Shown piece after piece: positions 1 to 13,170 of a DNA stretch of 64,000 bases (its first letter is position 1; each line of letters opens with the position of its first letter). Origin of the DNA: Octopus vulgaris. Lineage: Eukaryota. The DNA lies in NCBI GenBank assembly GCA_951406725.2, contig OX597823.1, positions 102,300,001 through 102,364,000 of the forward strand, given 5' to 3'. The notes beneath the pieces are model-generated. The model made no database searches. It saw only the letters and a list, made by a program, of their open reading frames with translations, and was not told the DNA's origin. Made by a program: the position numbers and the translations under genes.

Positions 1-99
1 TTGTTTGGGAAATACAAGGGTACACTTCTATACGGAGTCTATGGAAAATTCCCAATTTGGGAGCCAAAAATAGGGGTCGATTTTTACGTGAGATCGAGT

Positions 100-830
100 G
101 TGAATCTAGTTGGTTTAGCTGCCAGAATCAATTTCTGTTCGAATTGATTTCATATTCAGTGTAAAATCAGTAAATAACGAGTTATTAGCAATTAAAGTTT
201 GAAAATGTTGGTAATTTTAGCCAATCGTAAGCCACAGGCATATTCATGTCTGTTTCCATAGTAACAAGCCAAGCATGAGAACTCTTTTATCAGCGAGAAA
301 GCATGTGTTTTGCTACGCGATGCCACTTGCGTTGGCGCTGTGTTCCGTTGCTTTGTGTCCGTCTGTTGCTTGTACCCTGGTTGTGAGGTGTGCTAAAAAT
401 AGCAGCTAAATAAGGCCTTAACTTACACCCCTCCCCCATTAATTTTTTTATTGCATAATCGTATGAATTCTCGTGTATAGAGTACAAATTCGCTACAATT
501 TTCTGAAAATTCCAAATTTTAAAGAAGCTACGTTTTTGTCGTACGTTAAGCAGAATTTGATCTGCTTACAGTTTCATATAAAAACGCGCACTATTTTCAG
601 AATGTTGACAACACGTGCAGACACGCACAAAATGACAGCTTCCAAATCCTGTTTCCTAACTTGGTGAAAACGATCAAACTTTAAACCTCTATAACTTCTT
701 TAAAACATTTTCTTGGAAAAAGTGAAATAACTCCAGCAATTCAGCTTGGAAAGGGAGATTAATGTGCCAAATTTTAACAGTTTCGATAAACTTTAATTTT
801 TCAAATGCTGGCACCCAAACCAACTCAAGT
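100..830 (-). mobile_element. Degenerate non-autonomous DNA-transposon-like interspersed repeat; opposite-orientation relative of 28510-29480
   Basis: 715-780 (ggaaaaagtgaaataactccagcaattcagcttg...) is the reverse complement of ~28580-28635, and 110-220 matches ~29305-29460. A partial copy lies at ~18020-18175. Strand is relative and the superfamily was not determined. Confidence 0.55.
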
Positions 831-834
831 ATAG

Positions 835-1118
835 TGAGGGCGCGTGGCTCAGTGGTTAGAGCGTCGAGCTTACGATCGTGAGGTTGTGAGTTCGATTCCC
901 GGACCGGGCTGCATGTTGTATTCTTGAGTAAAACACTTTATTTCACGTTGCTCCAGTTAACACAGCTGCAGAAATGAGTTGGGACATCACTGGTGCCAAG
1001 CTGTATCGGCCCCCTTTGGATAACATCTGTGGCGTGGAGCGGGGACTGCTGGTCTTCCATAAACAACCTTGCCCAGACTTGTGCCTAGGAGGATAACTTC
1101 CTAGGTGCAATCCCATGC
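835..1118 (+). mobile_element. tRNA-derived SINE (family C: ggcgcgtggctcagtggttagagc...gttcgattccc)
   Basis: Pol III A box (tggctcagtgg) and B box (gttcgattccc), then the body ttcttgagyaaaacactt...cacgttgctccagt shared with 15490, 21257 and 62458. Confidence 0.8.
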
Positions 1119-1601
1119 ACACACACACACACGCACACGCTTATATATATCATCCAATATATCTTCCTTTTTAAGATGGTAAAGAGCGATTTGAGGGATA
1201 TCTGGCTGCTGTTACTAGTAGCACGTGTATTGACCCATGACCGCGTGCATCGTTGCCAAGAGTTTGGTTTATGTAACAGAAAGATAAGGTCAGTGATAAC
1301 GATATCAGTGCTGTTGCTGCTGCTGAGAGTGTTAGAGAGTGGAGGAGGAGGAGGAAGTGATAGAAGTGATGGTGGTGGTGGTGGTGGTGGTTGTGGTGTA
1401 GATGGTGACGAAAACGAATAAAAGGCCCCAACAAAAGTATGAGCTCTCCACTCGCAGCCTTGTCAATTCTCCTTCCTTTCGAAGATTTCGTTTTAGGAAC
1501 GGACCGCACTCTATAAAGATGATTCACCACCATCATGACACACAACAAGACACCCGGTATTTGCCAGTGTGTGCTTCCCCTCTCTCCTCTTTCTCCCACT
1601 C

Positions 1602-1604
<3 letters not shown>

Positions 1605-1653
<49 letters not shown>
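1605..1653. repeat. (CT)n microsatellite
   Basis: Read directly from sequence. Confidence 0.95.
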
Positions 1654-1657
<4 letters not shown>

Positions 1658-1984
1658 ATACACTCACTTTGCCGCACACACATATTCTCTCATCTCTTAT
1701 CAACACAGATCACACACACACTCATGCGCGCGCACGCACACACGTTCATGTTGCATTTTGTCAAACGAAAAATGAAGGATAGTTTATGAATCTTTATACC
1801 TCTCGTGGCTAGTTTCACGCCTTTGTGTTCGTCTGTCAAACTTCCGTGTGTGTGTTTGAATATATGTACGTAGGACTTATGTATGTATACGGGGATGCGT
1901 TTTCAATGTGCTTTTCTGAGAATGAATCGCTGTTTTGTTATTGATGTTTTGTTATTGTTACCATTCTTTTCTTGGTGGTTGTGG

Positions 1985-1985
<1 letters not shown>

Positions 1986-2036
<51 letters not shown>
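1986..2036. repeat. (GAT)n microsatellite
   Basis: Read directly from sequence. Confidence 0.95.
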
Positions 2037-2040
<4 letters not shown>

Positions 2041-2182
2041 GTGGAGGAAGGAGGACAATATCGATGGCTAAAGTTATGATAACAATAATGTTGTTTGTAC
2101 CACCCACACAGGGCACCAGAAAAGTCGATTTAGGGAGAAATGATGTTTGGAGAGATAAATCTGTGTTGCGCTGTGTATGTGC

Positions 2183-2227
<45 letters not shown>

Positions 2228-2362
2228 CTCACACACACACATACATACACACAATCACACATGCACACACACACATACTCATACTCATACACACTTATAT
2301 TTACATACACGTAGTAAACATGTTTAGCGAATCCTGACTTGACAGATTTCGGATTTAAAAGA

Positions 2363-2675
<313 letters not shown>

Positions 2676-3119
2676 TCTTTCATTTGCCATCAGGGCGACG
2701 GATAAGGGGATAATAACGACGGACATAAAGTGTAGGGATTTATATTGAATGAAATGGTAGAAATAAAAAAAAAGAGTATACATATTATACAATGTTAACA
2801 GATGAAAAGAAATATATATAGTGTAATAAATAGGGGAAAAATGATAGTGATGCGATGCTCGTGATGCTGGAGAACCTCCTAGAGCCAATCGAGAAACCTC
2901 ACCATCTAAGATCCTGTTCCCCATTTTTTTGTTTTCTTTCCACTAAAAGAACAGGGCTTGTTTGTTTTGGTGGGAGAGGCGCTAGTCGATTACATCGACA
3001 TAAGGACTCACCTTGGGGCTTATTTTAATCGACCCCGAAAGTCGACCGCGGAGGAATTTGAACTCAGAACGTAAGGCCGAAAAGTTATCTTCGATTAAAT
3101 GAACTTTCAGCATCACTAC

Positions 3120-3198
<79 letters not shown>

Positions 3199-3939
3199 GA
3201 CATACATATACACAATGTATGTGTGTCTATACACACACACACACACATTCCACAACAGAGAATATCTTTAAGTGTCAGTTATCTATAAATAGACTTCAGC
3301 TGTCCTGGCCTTTTTATCAGTGTCAACAGTTTTGATGGTGTCTGCCGAGGCAGTGGTGGTTGTGTGTAGTGGTGGCGTGGCGGTGTGTAGCGATGGTAGC
3401 ATCTGGTGTAACGGTGTGGTAGTTGTGTAGTCATGGTGGTGTCTGTTTTGTGGTGCTATCTAGTATGTAGCGGTGCTTAGTGCATGGTGAATTCTGGCAA
3501 GTGGTGTGAGGAGGAAATTTGCAATAATGTCGTTAAGTGGTGGAATCTAGTTTGTAAAGCCTGCCTTGTTCGTTGTGACGTGGTGGTAGTAGCTTGTTTG
3601 GTCACAATGATGTTATGGCGGTGCCTGGTTTGTGTGTGTGTGTGTGTATGTTGATTAAGGTTGTGTTGAAGTTGTGCAGACCCGCTCAGGTTTTGATCAA
3701 CCAGGCCACCAAATGACACGTGATTTCACTGAATTGTCAACCATAATCTGAAGTCCGACAAACACTCGTTTATCGGATGGAATGCAGTGTGACCTGCTGG
3801 GCATGTTACACTATTCCCGCTATCTCGTTTTGTTATTGTCTCTGGTGACCACAGCACTCGACTTGGTCAAAGCGCAACAGGTTTACCGCTGCAGCTAAGA
3901 TACTGATGATGTGCCACCCCGCTCCAACGCGTTTTCATG

Positions 3940-4250
3940 TGTACATACGTACCATTATGGAGAAGTACAGCTTTTAAGTTTCGTTTTGAAGAGTCAATAA
4001 ACAAACGCCACTCTGCAGGATCATGATTTTGTAATAAACATTCGAAAAGTCCATCGATGTTACTACAAAAGCAAAGCGGGCCTCCAACAGAAAAACACTT
4101 TTGTAGAACCATATTTCTCTGCCGAAAATAAATTATACGAACACCATGCTCTAGCAGATACTTCTCCTTCAGTGTTGATGTCAACAGTTCTGGTAAAATC
4201 ATTACTGCTCCAGAGAAAATACCTAGCGTCATTTCGCCCGTCTTTACGTT
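3940..4250 (-). mobile_element. DNA transposase fragment (Chapaev3/CMC-like), pseudogenised
   Basis: Translation contains LCFCSNIDGLF...DPAEWRLFIDSSKRNLKAVLLHNG, a motif I recognise from invertebrate DNA transposases. The superfamily assignment is from memory. Confidence 0.6.
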
Positions 4251-4390
4251 CTGAGGTCAAAATCTGCCTCGGTCGACTTTGTCTTCTGTTCTTTCAGGGT
4301 CGATAAAAATACCAGTTGGACACTGGAGTCGATGTAATTCGACTAGCTCCTTCCCCCAATAATTCAGGCCTTGTGCCAAAATATGAAAGG
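4250..4390 (+). mobile_element. Family A SINE, 5'-truncated
   Basis: ttctgaggtcaaa...ggtcgactttg...ggtcgataaaaataccagtt core. Confidence 0.7.
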
Positions 4391-4445
4391 GTTATTATAA
4401 TGTTACTGTTTGTTCTTAATAAGCAGTTTTGGTGTTTGTTTAGAT

Positions 4446-4592
4446 CAGCGGTTCCCAACCTTTTCACTACCACGGACTCCTTTTATTTAAATGAGTTTTC
4501 CCACCGTCCCCAAGATACTGAAAGGTCTGTCAGCTTAACATGTTCACGGACCCCCAGTACTACCTTTACGGATCACGGGTTGGGAACCACTG
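4446..4592. mobile_element. hAT (Charlie/MER5-like) MITE
   Basis: TIRs cagcggttcccaacc / gggttgggaaccactg; 8-bp TSD gtttagat / atttagat. Confidence 0.85.
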
Positions 4593-5123
4593 ATTTAGAT
4601 CAATCTACGTAGAAGGTGTGGTTACTTCCTATTTACCTGTTTGTTCACATCTGCTGAATAATAAACGTCAAGTGACTAATACCTACTATAATTCAATACA
4701 TGATATACATAAACATCAAGAAACAACATTCATTCAAACTGAACATTTCCTCAATGTTTTCCAAATCTTCAAGACCTGCATTGATGCAAAGACAAATCAA
4801 ATTTTGATATAAAATCTTTCAGACAACTGCAATGAAAGTATAGGGAATTTATATATAAATTCCCTACTGGGAATGACCAACTCCAAGAGAATCTTACATT
4901 GCTTATAAACTCTACATCTGGATGGACTCACATTAAACTCTGTTGGACTTTTGGATTTTACTCAAATGATATTGGAATATTACACATATATACCATTATG
5001 CCTATAAAACGGATTTACGAATTCAATAACCATACATATCTTACATCTATTTTCTTTCCTCCACCTCACTCTCTATTTGTATCACATCGAAACTAACTAT
5101 GACTTAACTTTTGCTCTCACACC

Positions 5124-5174
5124 GTCTCCGATAAGGGATATTATTAATTAATATCCTAGAAACAGCTGTAAGAC
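5124..5174 (+). ncRNA. Degenerate type-I hammerhead ribozyme motif in a PLE-pLTR-like remnant
   Basis: GTCT-CCGATAAG-GGATATTA/TAATATCC hairpin-TA-GAAA-CAGCTG-TA-AGAC. Two core substitutions versus CTGATGA. Confidence 0.55.
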
Positions 5175-5237
5175 CTTCTATCTATAAATGCCCTAATATC
5201 TATACAGCCTTGGTTTTTTATCTCATTACGCAATAAA

Positions 5238-5273
<36 letters not shown>

Positions 5274-6949
5274 AAGAACAATCTTACTTAGAAATGGATG
5301 CGTGCGTTCCGTCATATAATAAATTAATAAACAAAATAAAACATATGCATATATACATACATATATGTACGTACCTACCTCTACATGTATATATACATGC
5401 ATATATGCGGTCTTTGGTCATTGGTCATTCAGGAACCACTAAGGTGCCAAGCATTGGGACTGAACCTGAAACCATATGGTGCTTCTTAAGCACACAGTCA
5501 TTCGTGTGCCCATAGCTTGATTTTAATCATAGCATGGTCTGTTTTTATGCACCCGGTATGGGGCAGTAATCAAAATTAATACCCAATGTTTAACTGGTTA
5601 AAAAATAACCGTTCGAAATACAAACTGTTATAACAGTTTTCAGCTGATCACAATGGCGTTCTCGCTTCGAGAATATTAACTGTTACCAAGACCAAAGCGT
5701 ATGATTTTTTCTATGTGGTAAATTAATCAGTTGAATTTTGCTAACCATCGTTTTTAAATGGTGCATGGACCACTGAAGGAGAAGTAGCTTCTGTTAAATA
5801 GTCTAATTTGCTAAATGGAAGAGACAAATTCTCTTGCGAGAGAGCTTCTACGGAATGGTTTTACTTGCTCAGTCCAACAAATTTCCGACCGCTTTCAACT
5901 AGTTATTGCATGGGCAAATGTGAGTGATAGCTTTCTATGTAGCAGACGATTGATTCTCTTCAAACAAAATTTCTATCGGCTTCAAAGTTTAATGTGTCTG
6001 TGTGGGGACAGTTCATACTAAGTATCGTAATTTGCTCGGTGTAGCAGACGATTCTCCTTCAACGAACTTCATAATGTCTTCAAATAGCTGCCTCAAATTT
6101 TTAAGTTTTATATATTTTGTGACCACGATATTGATTTTTTTAATGTATATTTAACACAAAACTTGGTTTTTCTTGGAAACGAGTTAGTTACAAATCAGTT
6201 TGATTAATTTGAAGTACATGACTGATTTATATTTTAACGACTCCTAAAAAATGAAAGCAAAGTCGATTACGGCACTCGATCATTCTGCCGCGTATGAGAC
6301 GTTTTGTCTTAACCGTTTCGGCGCCACTTATTGGGCGTCGATGATTCGACGCTGACTTATTTGACATCAGACATTTCCATGCTTCTCTCGTTTTCTCCCT
6401 TCTTCCTCTCCCCTCACTTTCTGTCCTTATTAGTGTGTGCATGATTCTTTTTATGTGTATGAGGAGAGAGAGAGAGAGAGAGAGGGTGTCTATGTCAGTC
6501 GTGTTCAGTTAATAAATTGTAATGTCTCTCTTCTCTCTCTCTCTTCTATGTGTATATATCTGTGTGGCGTGTGTGCGTACGTGCATGCTAGCCTCCAGTA
6601 CCAAATCGTCGGCATCCAAATAGCTACGCCAAATCATCCAATTCTGCATTCTGTCTCTCTATTGTTCCTGTTTTTCTCCGAAATAAATAATGGAAAGCCA
6701 CAACCAAATACCGATGTTTTAGTTAAACAGTTCTAGGACATTTTCAATTTGAATATGATTATATCTGGTATACTGAGCCTTTGACTTAATCCTCTGCATT
6801 ATATTAAATTCCTCTTTAGTATAGTTCCTTTCACCCAAGTTTATACCCGATGTTACTCAACAACATCGACAACTTCTTTTTAAAGGAAGCCTTCGCAATT
6901 TCCTAAAGAGAAATTCTGCATAGCATATTTTCCAATAAACATGTTAAAT

Positions 6950-7650
6950 AGTTTAAATGTTGTTGACCTCTCTGTTGATTCATATTTGGGAAATATCTTC
7001 CTTCACTCTCACCTATTTAAAATTCTAGAAACAAAGCTCTCTAAAGTCTTCTTACGCCAATGAATCGAGTTCTTAATGAATACACATTCATCGGAAGTTA
7101 GTTGTCCTCTCTAATGACGAAATGCAGCAGCGATAAGCATATTCATGTTCGAATCTGCCGGAAACGTATCAAGAATTAGTGTATATGTTATCATTCAAAA
7201 ACTTTCCAAGTTGTTGCTAAATCAACGTAGATAAAGTAAAATAGTCGCAGCAGAAGTGTTTCTCCAAAACCAAAGATGTCACAATTCCAGTTATATTGAC
7301 GTGAGTGTGCTAAAATATCCACAATGCAATTGTCGATGGATTCAAGTGTATTTTACATAAGAATAGTCACAGCACAACTTTCTCTGGATTCAAAACTATC
7401 GCATCTCGTGCAAATTCTACGTTGCTACACCAAGGCTGGTGTACAATTGTTTGTCTCGATCAAGTATGGGCAATCTCTTTTGAGAAGCGGACCGCATGTG
7501 ACATGGATCATAATCGGGTGTGGTGCACTAATAAAAAAATTCAAAGTAATTTTTCGTTTGGCGTCATTCAGGAAGTTTCGTGGGCCGCAGTTGTTCATGA
7601 CTTGTCTAGATCCGAACCAATCTCACCTCCAGTTAAATCAACGTAAGTGT
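6950..7650 (-). mobile_element. Highly degenerate hAT-like transposase remnant
   Basis: Minus strand reads HPIMIHVTC (cf. hAT HVTCxAH) near 7500. Frameshifted remnants resembling the hAT C-terminal ER-FS motif lie near 7030-7060. Confidence 0.35.
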
Positions 7651-7699
7651 ACCAGAATTGTCTCACTGGTTAGAAGTCTTTGTTGATTTGCAACATACA

Positions 7700-7812
7700 C
7701 ATTGGTCGGCCCAGAGTTATGTAGAAGACATTTGTCCAAGGTGCCGCGCAGTAGGGCCGAACCCGAAATCACGTGGTTCGAGCTCTTTAACCTCATAACC
7801 ATGCCTGCGCCT
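7700..7812 (-). mobile_element. Family B SINE, 5' part
   Basis: Reverse complement of ggcgcaggcatggttatg...gcggcaccttggacaaatgtcttctac. Confidence 0.7.
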
Positions 7813-8365
7813 GTTACTGCATGCATGTTTTTCTTTTTGTTTGTTTTTTTCTTTGCCGTGTCAAATTAGAAGGCGAAAGACGTGTGCTAATTAATGAGTG
7901 TAACGGGTGGTTTAGTACAGCCAACTGGGTATGTTGCAGAAATTAAATATTTGTCACCGAAACACGCACAGATCTGTGTGTGGGGTGCAATGCTACCACC
8001 GTTTACGATGTACATTAAACAAACTAGGTTTAATCACTTTTAAACGATGTTCGTTAGGCTTCTTCTTTTTTTTTAATCACACTGTTGCTTTTGTTCGTTG
8101 TTTTACAGTCTCCTTCCTAAACTTGCATTATTGTTTTTACTTTGTGTCTGTGTGTGTGATTTAGTATATTTTTCGTTAGTCCATTCATATAGATTGGTTT
8201 AAAGCAAATATCTGTTATATTATGTCTGTTGCTAATTTTAATGTAATTATTGTTGCTGTTACTGCTACTGTTTAATCCCCGGTCAACTATGAATGAAGGT
8301 ATTCCAGCCATGACCATCTCGCAGCGATTAGGACCATTATATTAATATATTCTTTCTGTATTTAA

Positions 8366-8597
8366 CAAGGCAGCGAGCTGGCAGAAACGTTAGCACGCCG
8401 GGCAAAATGCGTAGCCGTATTTCATCTGCCGTTATGTTCTGGGTTCAAATTCCGCCGAGGTCGACTTTGCCTTTCATCCTTTCGGGGTCGATAAATTAAG
8501 TACCAGTTACGCACTGGGTCGATGTAATCGACTTAATCCGTTTGTCTGTCCTTCTTTGTCCCCTCTATGTTTAGCCCCTTGTGGGTAGTAAAGAAAT
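8366..8597 (+). mobile_element. Family A tRNA SINE (CORE-like, octopus OK/OR-type), full length
   Basis: aaggcagcgagctggcagaaacg...gttcaaattcc (B box)...gactttgcctttcatcctttcggggtcgataaa...gtgggtagtaaagaaata. More than 12 copies in the window. Confidence 0.85.
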
Positions 8598-10184
8598 ATA
8601 TATACTTTCTGTATTTAAGGTGATTAGTGTGGTTATTTTAACGGTGATTTTGGCTTGAATTTCTTCTAATAGGTCGCAACCACCATATAGAGGTTCCTTT
8701 ATGACATTTAATTGTATTCTTTTACTCTTTTTCCGGCAGACAGGCAACATCCAGAACATTTACAGGGCCTCCAAGACTAGTGAGAACGAAAGAGGTTGGA
8801 TGTTTTCCTTAAACCGAAGACAACCTGAATATTTTCACCAAAATAAACCTCACTAAAAGGCACTCAAGGTTAGATAATGGGTTTGGGTATTAAACCGGGC
8901 GAATGATTAAATTCACCACCAATGTAACCTATGTAGGCCACAGTGAGATTTAAATTCAGAACGCAAAGACCCGGAACAGATATAGCAAGGCATCCAGTCC
9001 GACGCTATAATGATTCTGATAGTCCACCGCTTTAGCCTTATACTTTATTTATCGACCCCAGGAAGATGAATGACAAAGTTAACCTCAATCAAATTTGAAC
9101 ACAAGAACTGTGTAAGAGGTTTCATCCGATCCTCTAATGACTCTGCCGATGATTACGCCCTAAACTCTCCCGTACTACACCTCTGGAGAAGCGAGTTTTC
9201 CATAGAACTTTTTTCTTATATTTGGAAACCCCGACGAGGGGTGGTGAAAAAGATCTAAAATTATCTTTCACAATAAGTTTTAAACCCGAAATATTTCAGA
9301 AACAAGGATTAAAATATATTAATATTGAATTTTAATATTGACACAAAGCCAAGTCGCGCGCGCGCGCACAAGGGTTTAATCGATTAAATCGACACTTGCA
9401 CTTAACTGGTATTTTAGCTTATTGAGCTGAGCGAGATTTGAACTCGGAATGTAAACGGCCTGGTAACATACTGCATGAATAGAGCCGAGGTAACATTACA
9501 AAATAAAATTTTTTTTAAATTCTCAGAGAAACTTGTTAATTATAATCAGCGTTATTACTTCTCCCTCCATTTCCATATACAATTATCACTACAAAATCTT
9601 GCCGACTAATTTGGTTGGTGAGCTCAAAATACATCCATTCCTTTCAGCACATAGCTTTAAAGACATCTGTAAAAATTTCAGAATTTCAATTGGATCACAT
9701 TATCCAAACTATCTCCTTTCTACCTCTTTCTTCACAGTTTCCTCTCAAACGTATTGGATAATACATGGAGTTCTATATATTCATCGTGCACTGTACATTT
9801 TGAAACGCACTGTATGCATGTCTATATGTTCATACTTAGAGCTATCAGTCCGTGAATAAATGGGTTACGAATATGGATAAATAAGAATTTGTAATAGCCG
9901 GTTCATTGCTTAAGTCTTAATTGAAGTAATAAAACCTTTTAGTTGTTGTGGAAGAAGTCAAGATTAGGTTGCAGGATTGTTTCTCACATTTCTATATAGG
10001 TTTTGTTTTTTTCGTTTTATCCTTTGTGTCGTATGTGTTACACTAATGACGTATAATGTGGGTCAGTTGTGTAAAGAATAGATCGTAGGTAGGTCAGATG
10101 TGTTGTATATACTCCACCCAAATATATTCATTACTATTAACAAACGAAGCCAATCGATGTACCTCTACATGCGGCGTTCTAACA

Positions 10185-10395
10185 TTACCCATTCAGTATT
10201 TAAACTGGCCATATCTGGCCCAAATACTCTACTTGCTTTATGTTCAAACTGGCCATATCTCTAACTTCTCACATCTACCCTATTATATCATTCTAAAAAT
10301 AAACAATCACATCATCGAAATCTCAAAGCTACGAGATAATGCATGATTAATTCAAAACAATGGGAATAATTAAGTATTACATTTGACAGGGTTAA
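10185..10395. mobile_element. piggyBac-type MITE, degenerate copy of 55657-55878
   Basis: Shares atttaaactgg...ttatgttcaaactggcca...aagctacgagataatgcatga; ends agggttaa. Confidence 0.65.
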
Positions 10396-11574
10396 ATAAA
10401 AGTGACTGAAGTTTTCATGTATATTACATTGCAAAAGGCTTAATAAAAGTGACCGAAGGAAATTACCCAGATACCCCTGCTGCTCGAGAATTTAGCCGTA
10501 AAACGAGATGCTATTTAATGCCACTCCAATTGAGGCCAGCTTATGCCGTCGCAAGAAGCATTGATATCAGAGCTTCTTGAACTTTTCTTGGTGGCGATAC
10601 ACTTTAAAAATAGAATTTTTCGTGACACGTTTTGTTAACAACTCGAAATAGATAACTATCAATCACATCACCAGTCACGTGTCTATTTGTTGGATCACAA
10701 ATATATTTTCACAACCAACATATAAATACGTATAAGTGTGTGTGTGTGTGTGTGTGTGTGTTTTTTCTTGCAGATTTATTGAAATTCATTTTTCCTTATA
10801 GAATTCGGTACTTTTTGGTTATCTCACCCCCATTAAAAAATTGCCATTAAAAAACTGGGTTATCTCCCCACTAAAAAACTGAGTTTATGTGGTGACAAGA
10901 GATTGGATTAAAAGAATTAGATCCTTTTGATTCACTACTTCAGCACATTGTTGACGTTCAGCTTCCTCAATAGGAATGGAATAGTTTGTGATAAGAATGT
11001 TATCAGATTCAGTGAGATGTTTAATGTTTCTGCTTTTCATGTTTATTTTTTTTTTATTTTTTTTTTTTTTTTGGTTTTATTGAGGGTTAAACAATTTTTT
11101 AGTTAGGGGAGAATTAGTAAAATTTGAATGTCCAAGAATTAGTAAAATTTGAATCAGCAGTGGAAGGAATTACGCGTTTTATAGCTGTTTTTATTTTTAT
11201 TTTAAAGCATAAACTTATAGAATTCATAATGTTCATAGTTTGGGGTTGTTTAAAGTGTAACAGTCGAGCTCGATTCATTACATTAAATATTTCAATTATA
11301 TCTTCGATTTCGATCCATACTTATGCTTATTGGAAGCGTAACACTTGAACTTCATTATCCTAAGCATTCCGAATATGTCTTTTGTTTGGTTCCATAATTA
11401 CGCCTTTTAAAAAGCTAAACACATAAACTCGTTTCGTTATGTTAAAAGATATCGATTGTCTTCGATTTTATTTCATAGTTAAACATACTTCAGGCGTAAC
11501 ACTCGGACACATAACATGACAAGCGGAATCTAGATGAGTGTTAAGTCTTGTAATATAGTTTTTCTTTCTGGATG

Positions 11575-11670
<96 letters not shown>

Positions 11671-12146
11671 CTTTTCTCTTGCCAATAAAATAAGCGTCAA
11701 TGATATATTATATACTCCAATATTTTGGGTGTAGTCAATCAACCGTAGCCATTTCTTATAAATTTATTGTCTTGCGGCAATGCAAAAGATCGATATTAAT
11801 AATTGACCATGCAGGATTATTGTTTTCGTAGCTAGAAAAAAAAAAATAAAGACGAATAACGTTAGATTTTCGCAAAAACAAAGCAAGGCTTAGAATGAGC
11901 AACGAAACTTATTCTTCTGGGAATTGGTTTGTGCTATGCTATGTGTTGTTTGCAGGCAACATTGAATGGCAGTTCGTTGTTTGTTTATCTGTTTGTTTGT
12001 TTGTTTGTTGTTGTTGTTGTTGTTATACACTATTAATATCGGCTGGCCGTTGAATATTAATTGTGCGATATGTTTTATATGCAACGGTCTGATAACACTG
12101 CAGCTGATCGAGTATTATTAGTGATAGGTCTACGGTTATGTCTGTT

Positions 12147-12590
12147 ACTGGCAGAAGCGTTAGCACGCCGGGCGAAATGCTTAGTGGTAGTTCGTCTGCC
12201 GTTACGTTCTGAGTTCAAATTCCGCCGAGGTCGACTTTGCCTTTCATCCTTTCGGGGTCGATAAATTAAGAACCAGTTGAATACTGGGGTCAATATAATC
12301 GACTTAATGCTCTCCCAAATTTCGGGCCTTGTACCGATAATAAAAAGGGTTATTGTTATTATTATTAAGGTGGTGAGCTGGCAGAATCGTTAGCACGCTG
12401 GGCAAAATGCCTAGCGGCATTTCGTCCGTCCTTACTTTCTGAGTTCAAATTCCGCTGAGGTCGACTTTGTCTTTTATCCATGCGGAGTTGATGAAATAAG
12501 TACCAGTTGCGCACTGGGGTCGATGTAATCAACTAGACCCCCCCACCCCACCCCCCCGATTTCAGGCCTTCTACCTATTGTAGAAAGGGT
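12147..12590 (+). mobile_element. Two tandem family A SINEs
   Basis: Two consecutive ctggcagaa...gttagcacgc...gttcaaattccgc units, at 12147-12350 and 12367-12590. Confidence 0.8.
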
Positions 12591-13129
12591 TACTATTATT
12601 ATCATTGCCAGAAAATACGTGTGTGTGAATGTGTAAGCGTGTGTGTGTGGTTGTGTTGCTCTTTTAGTGTTTGTCACATACTCTCATGTTTCTACTCTCA
12701 TTCTGTCGGATACTCTGTTCACGATACACTGTTAACATTCTTTCCATCCTTTTCTTCTTCTTCTTCTTCTTCTTCTTCTTCTTCTTCTTCTTCGCCGCCT
12801 TCTCTTTTATTTCTTATTGTTTCCCCCTAATTACTTTTCTATATTATCATCTTCATCGTTAACACCATTATCACAAGTACTACCTTCGTCATCATCAACC
12901 ACTATCATTGTCGTTGTCGTCGTCGTCATCATCATCATCAAAATAGCAACAAGACGACAGCAATTAGACCAAGATATCGATATGCACATGTGCTATATAT
13001 CAATCCCCAAACGAGCTGACGAGGGTAAGTACCTGTCCGTAGTCTGTTTGACCTACAAGAAATAGCAGCCAAAGCTCAAATCAAATTAAATAACCGACAA
13101 AGATACGGGGGAAAATGACACATTGGTGT

Positions 13130-13170
<41 letters not shown>

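Noticed and set aside
835-910. Apparent tRNA genes (A/B boxes) here and at 15794, 21257 and others
   Set aside because: No full cloverleaf, and each runs into a SINE body, so they are SINE heads.
1176-1240. GKERFEGY resemblance to the ionotropic glutamate receptor S1 segment
   Set aside because: The match is only about 8 residues and is followed by a stop; probably chance.
1171-1683. 170-aa His-rich minus-strand ORF with a hydrophobic stretch
   Set aside because: Built from (GA)n and (CAC)n repeats; no recognisable domain or splice support.
12930-13030. Strong donor GAGG|GTAAGT at ~13024
   Set aside because: No clear acceptor or recognisable peptide, and it does not encode the PLK LGK end.
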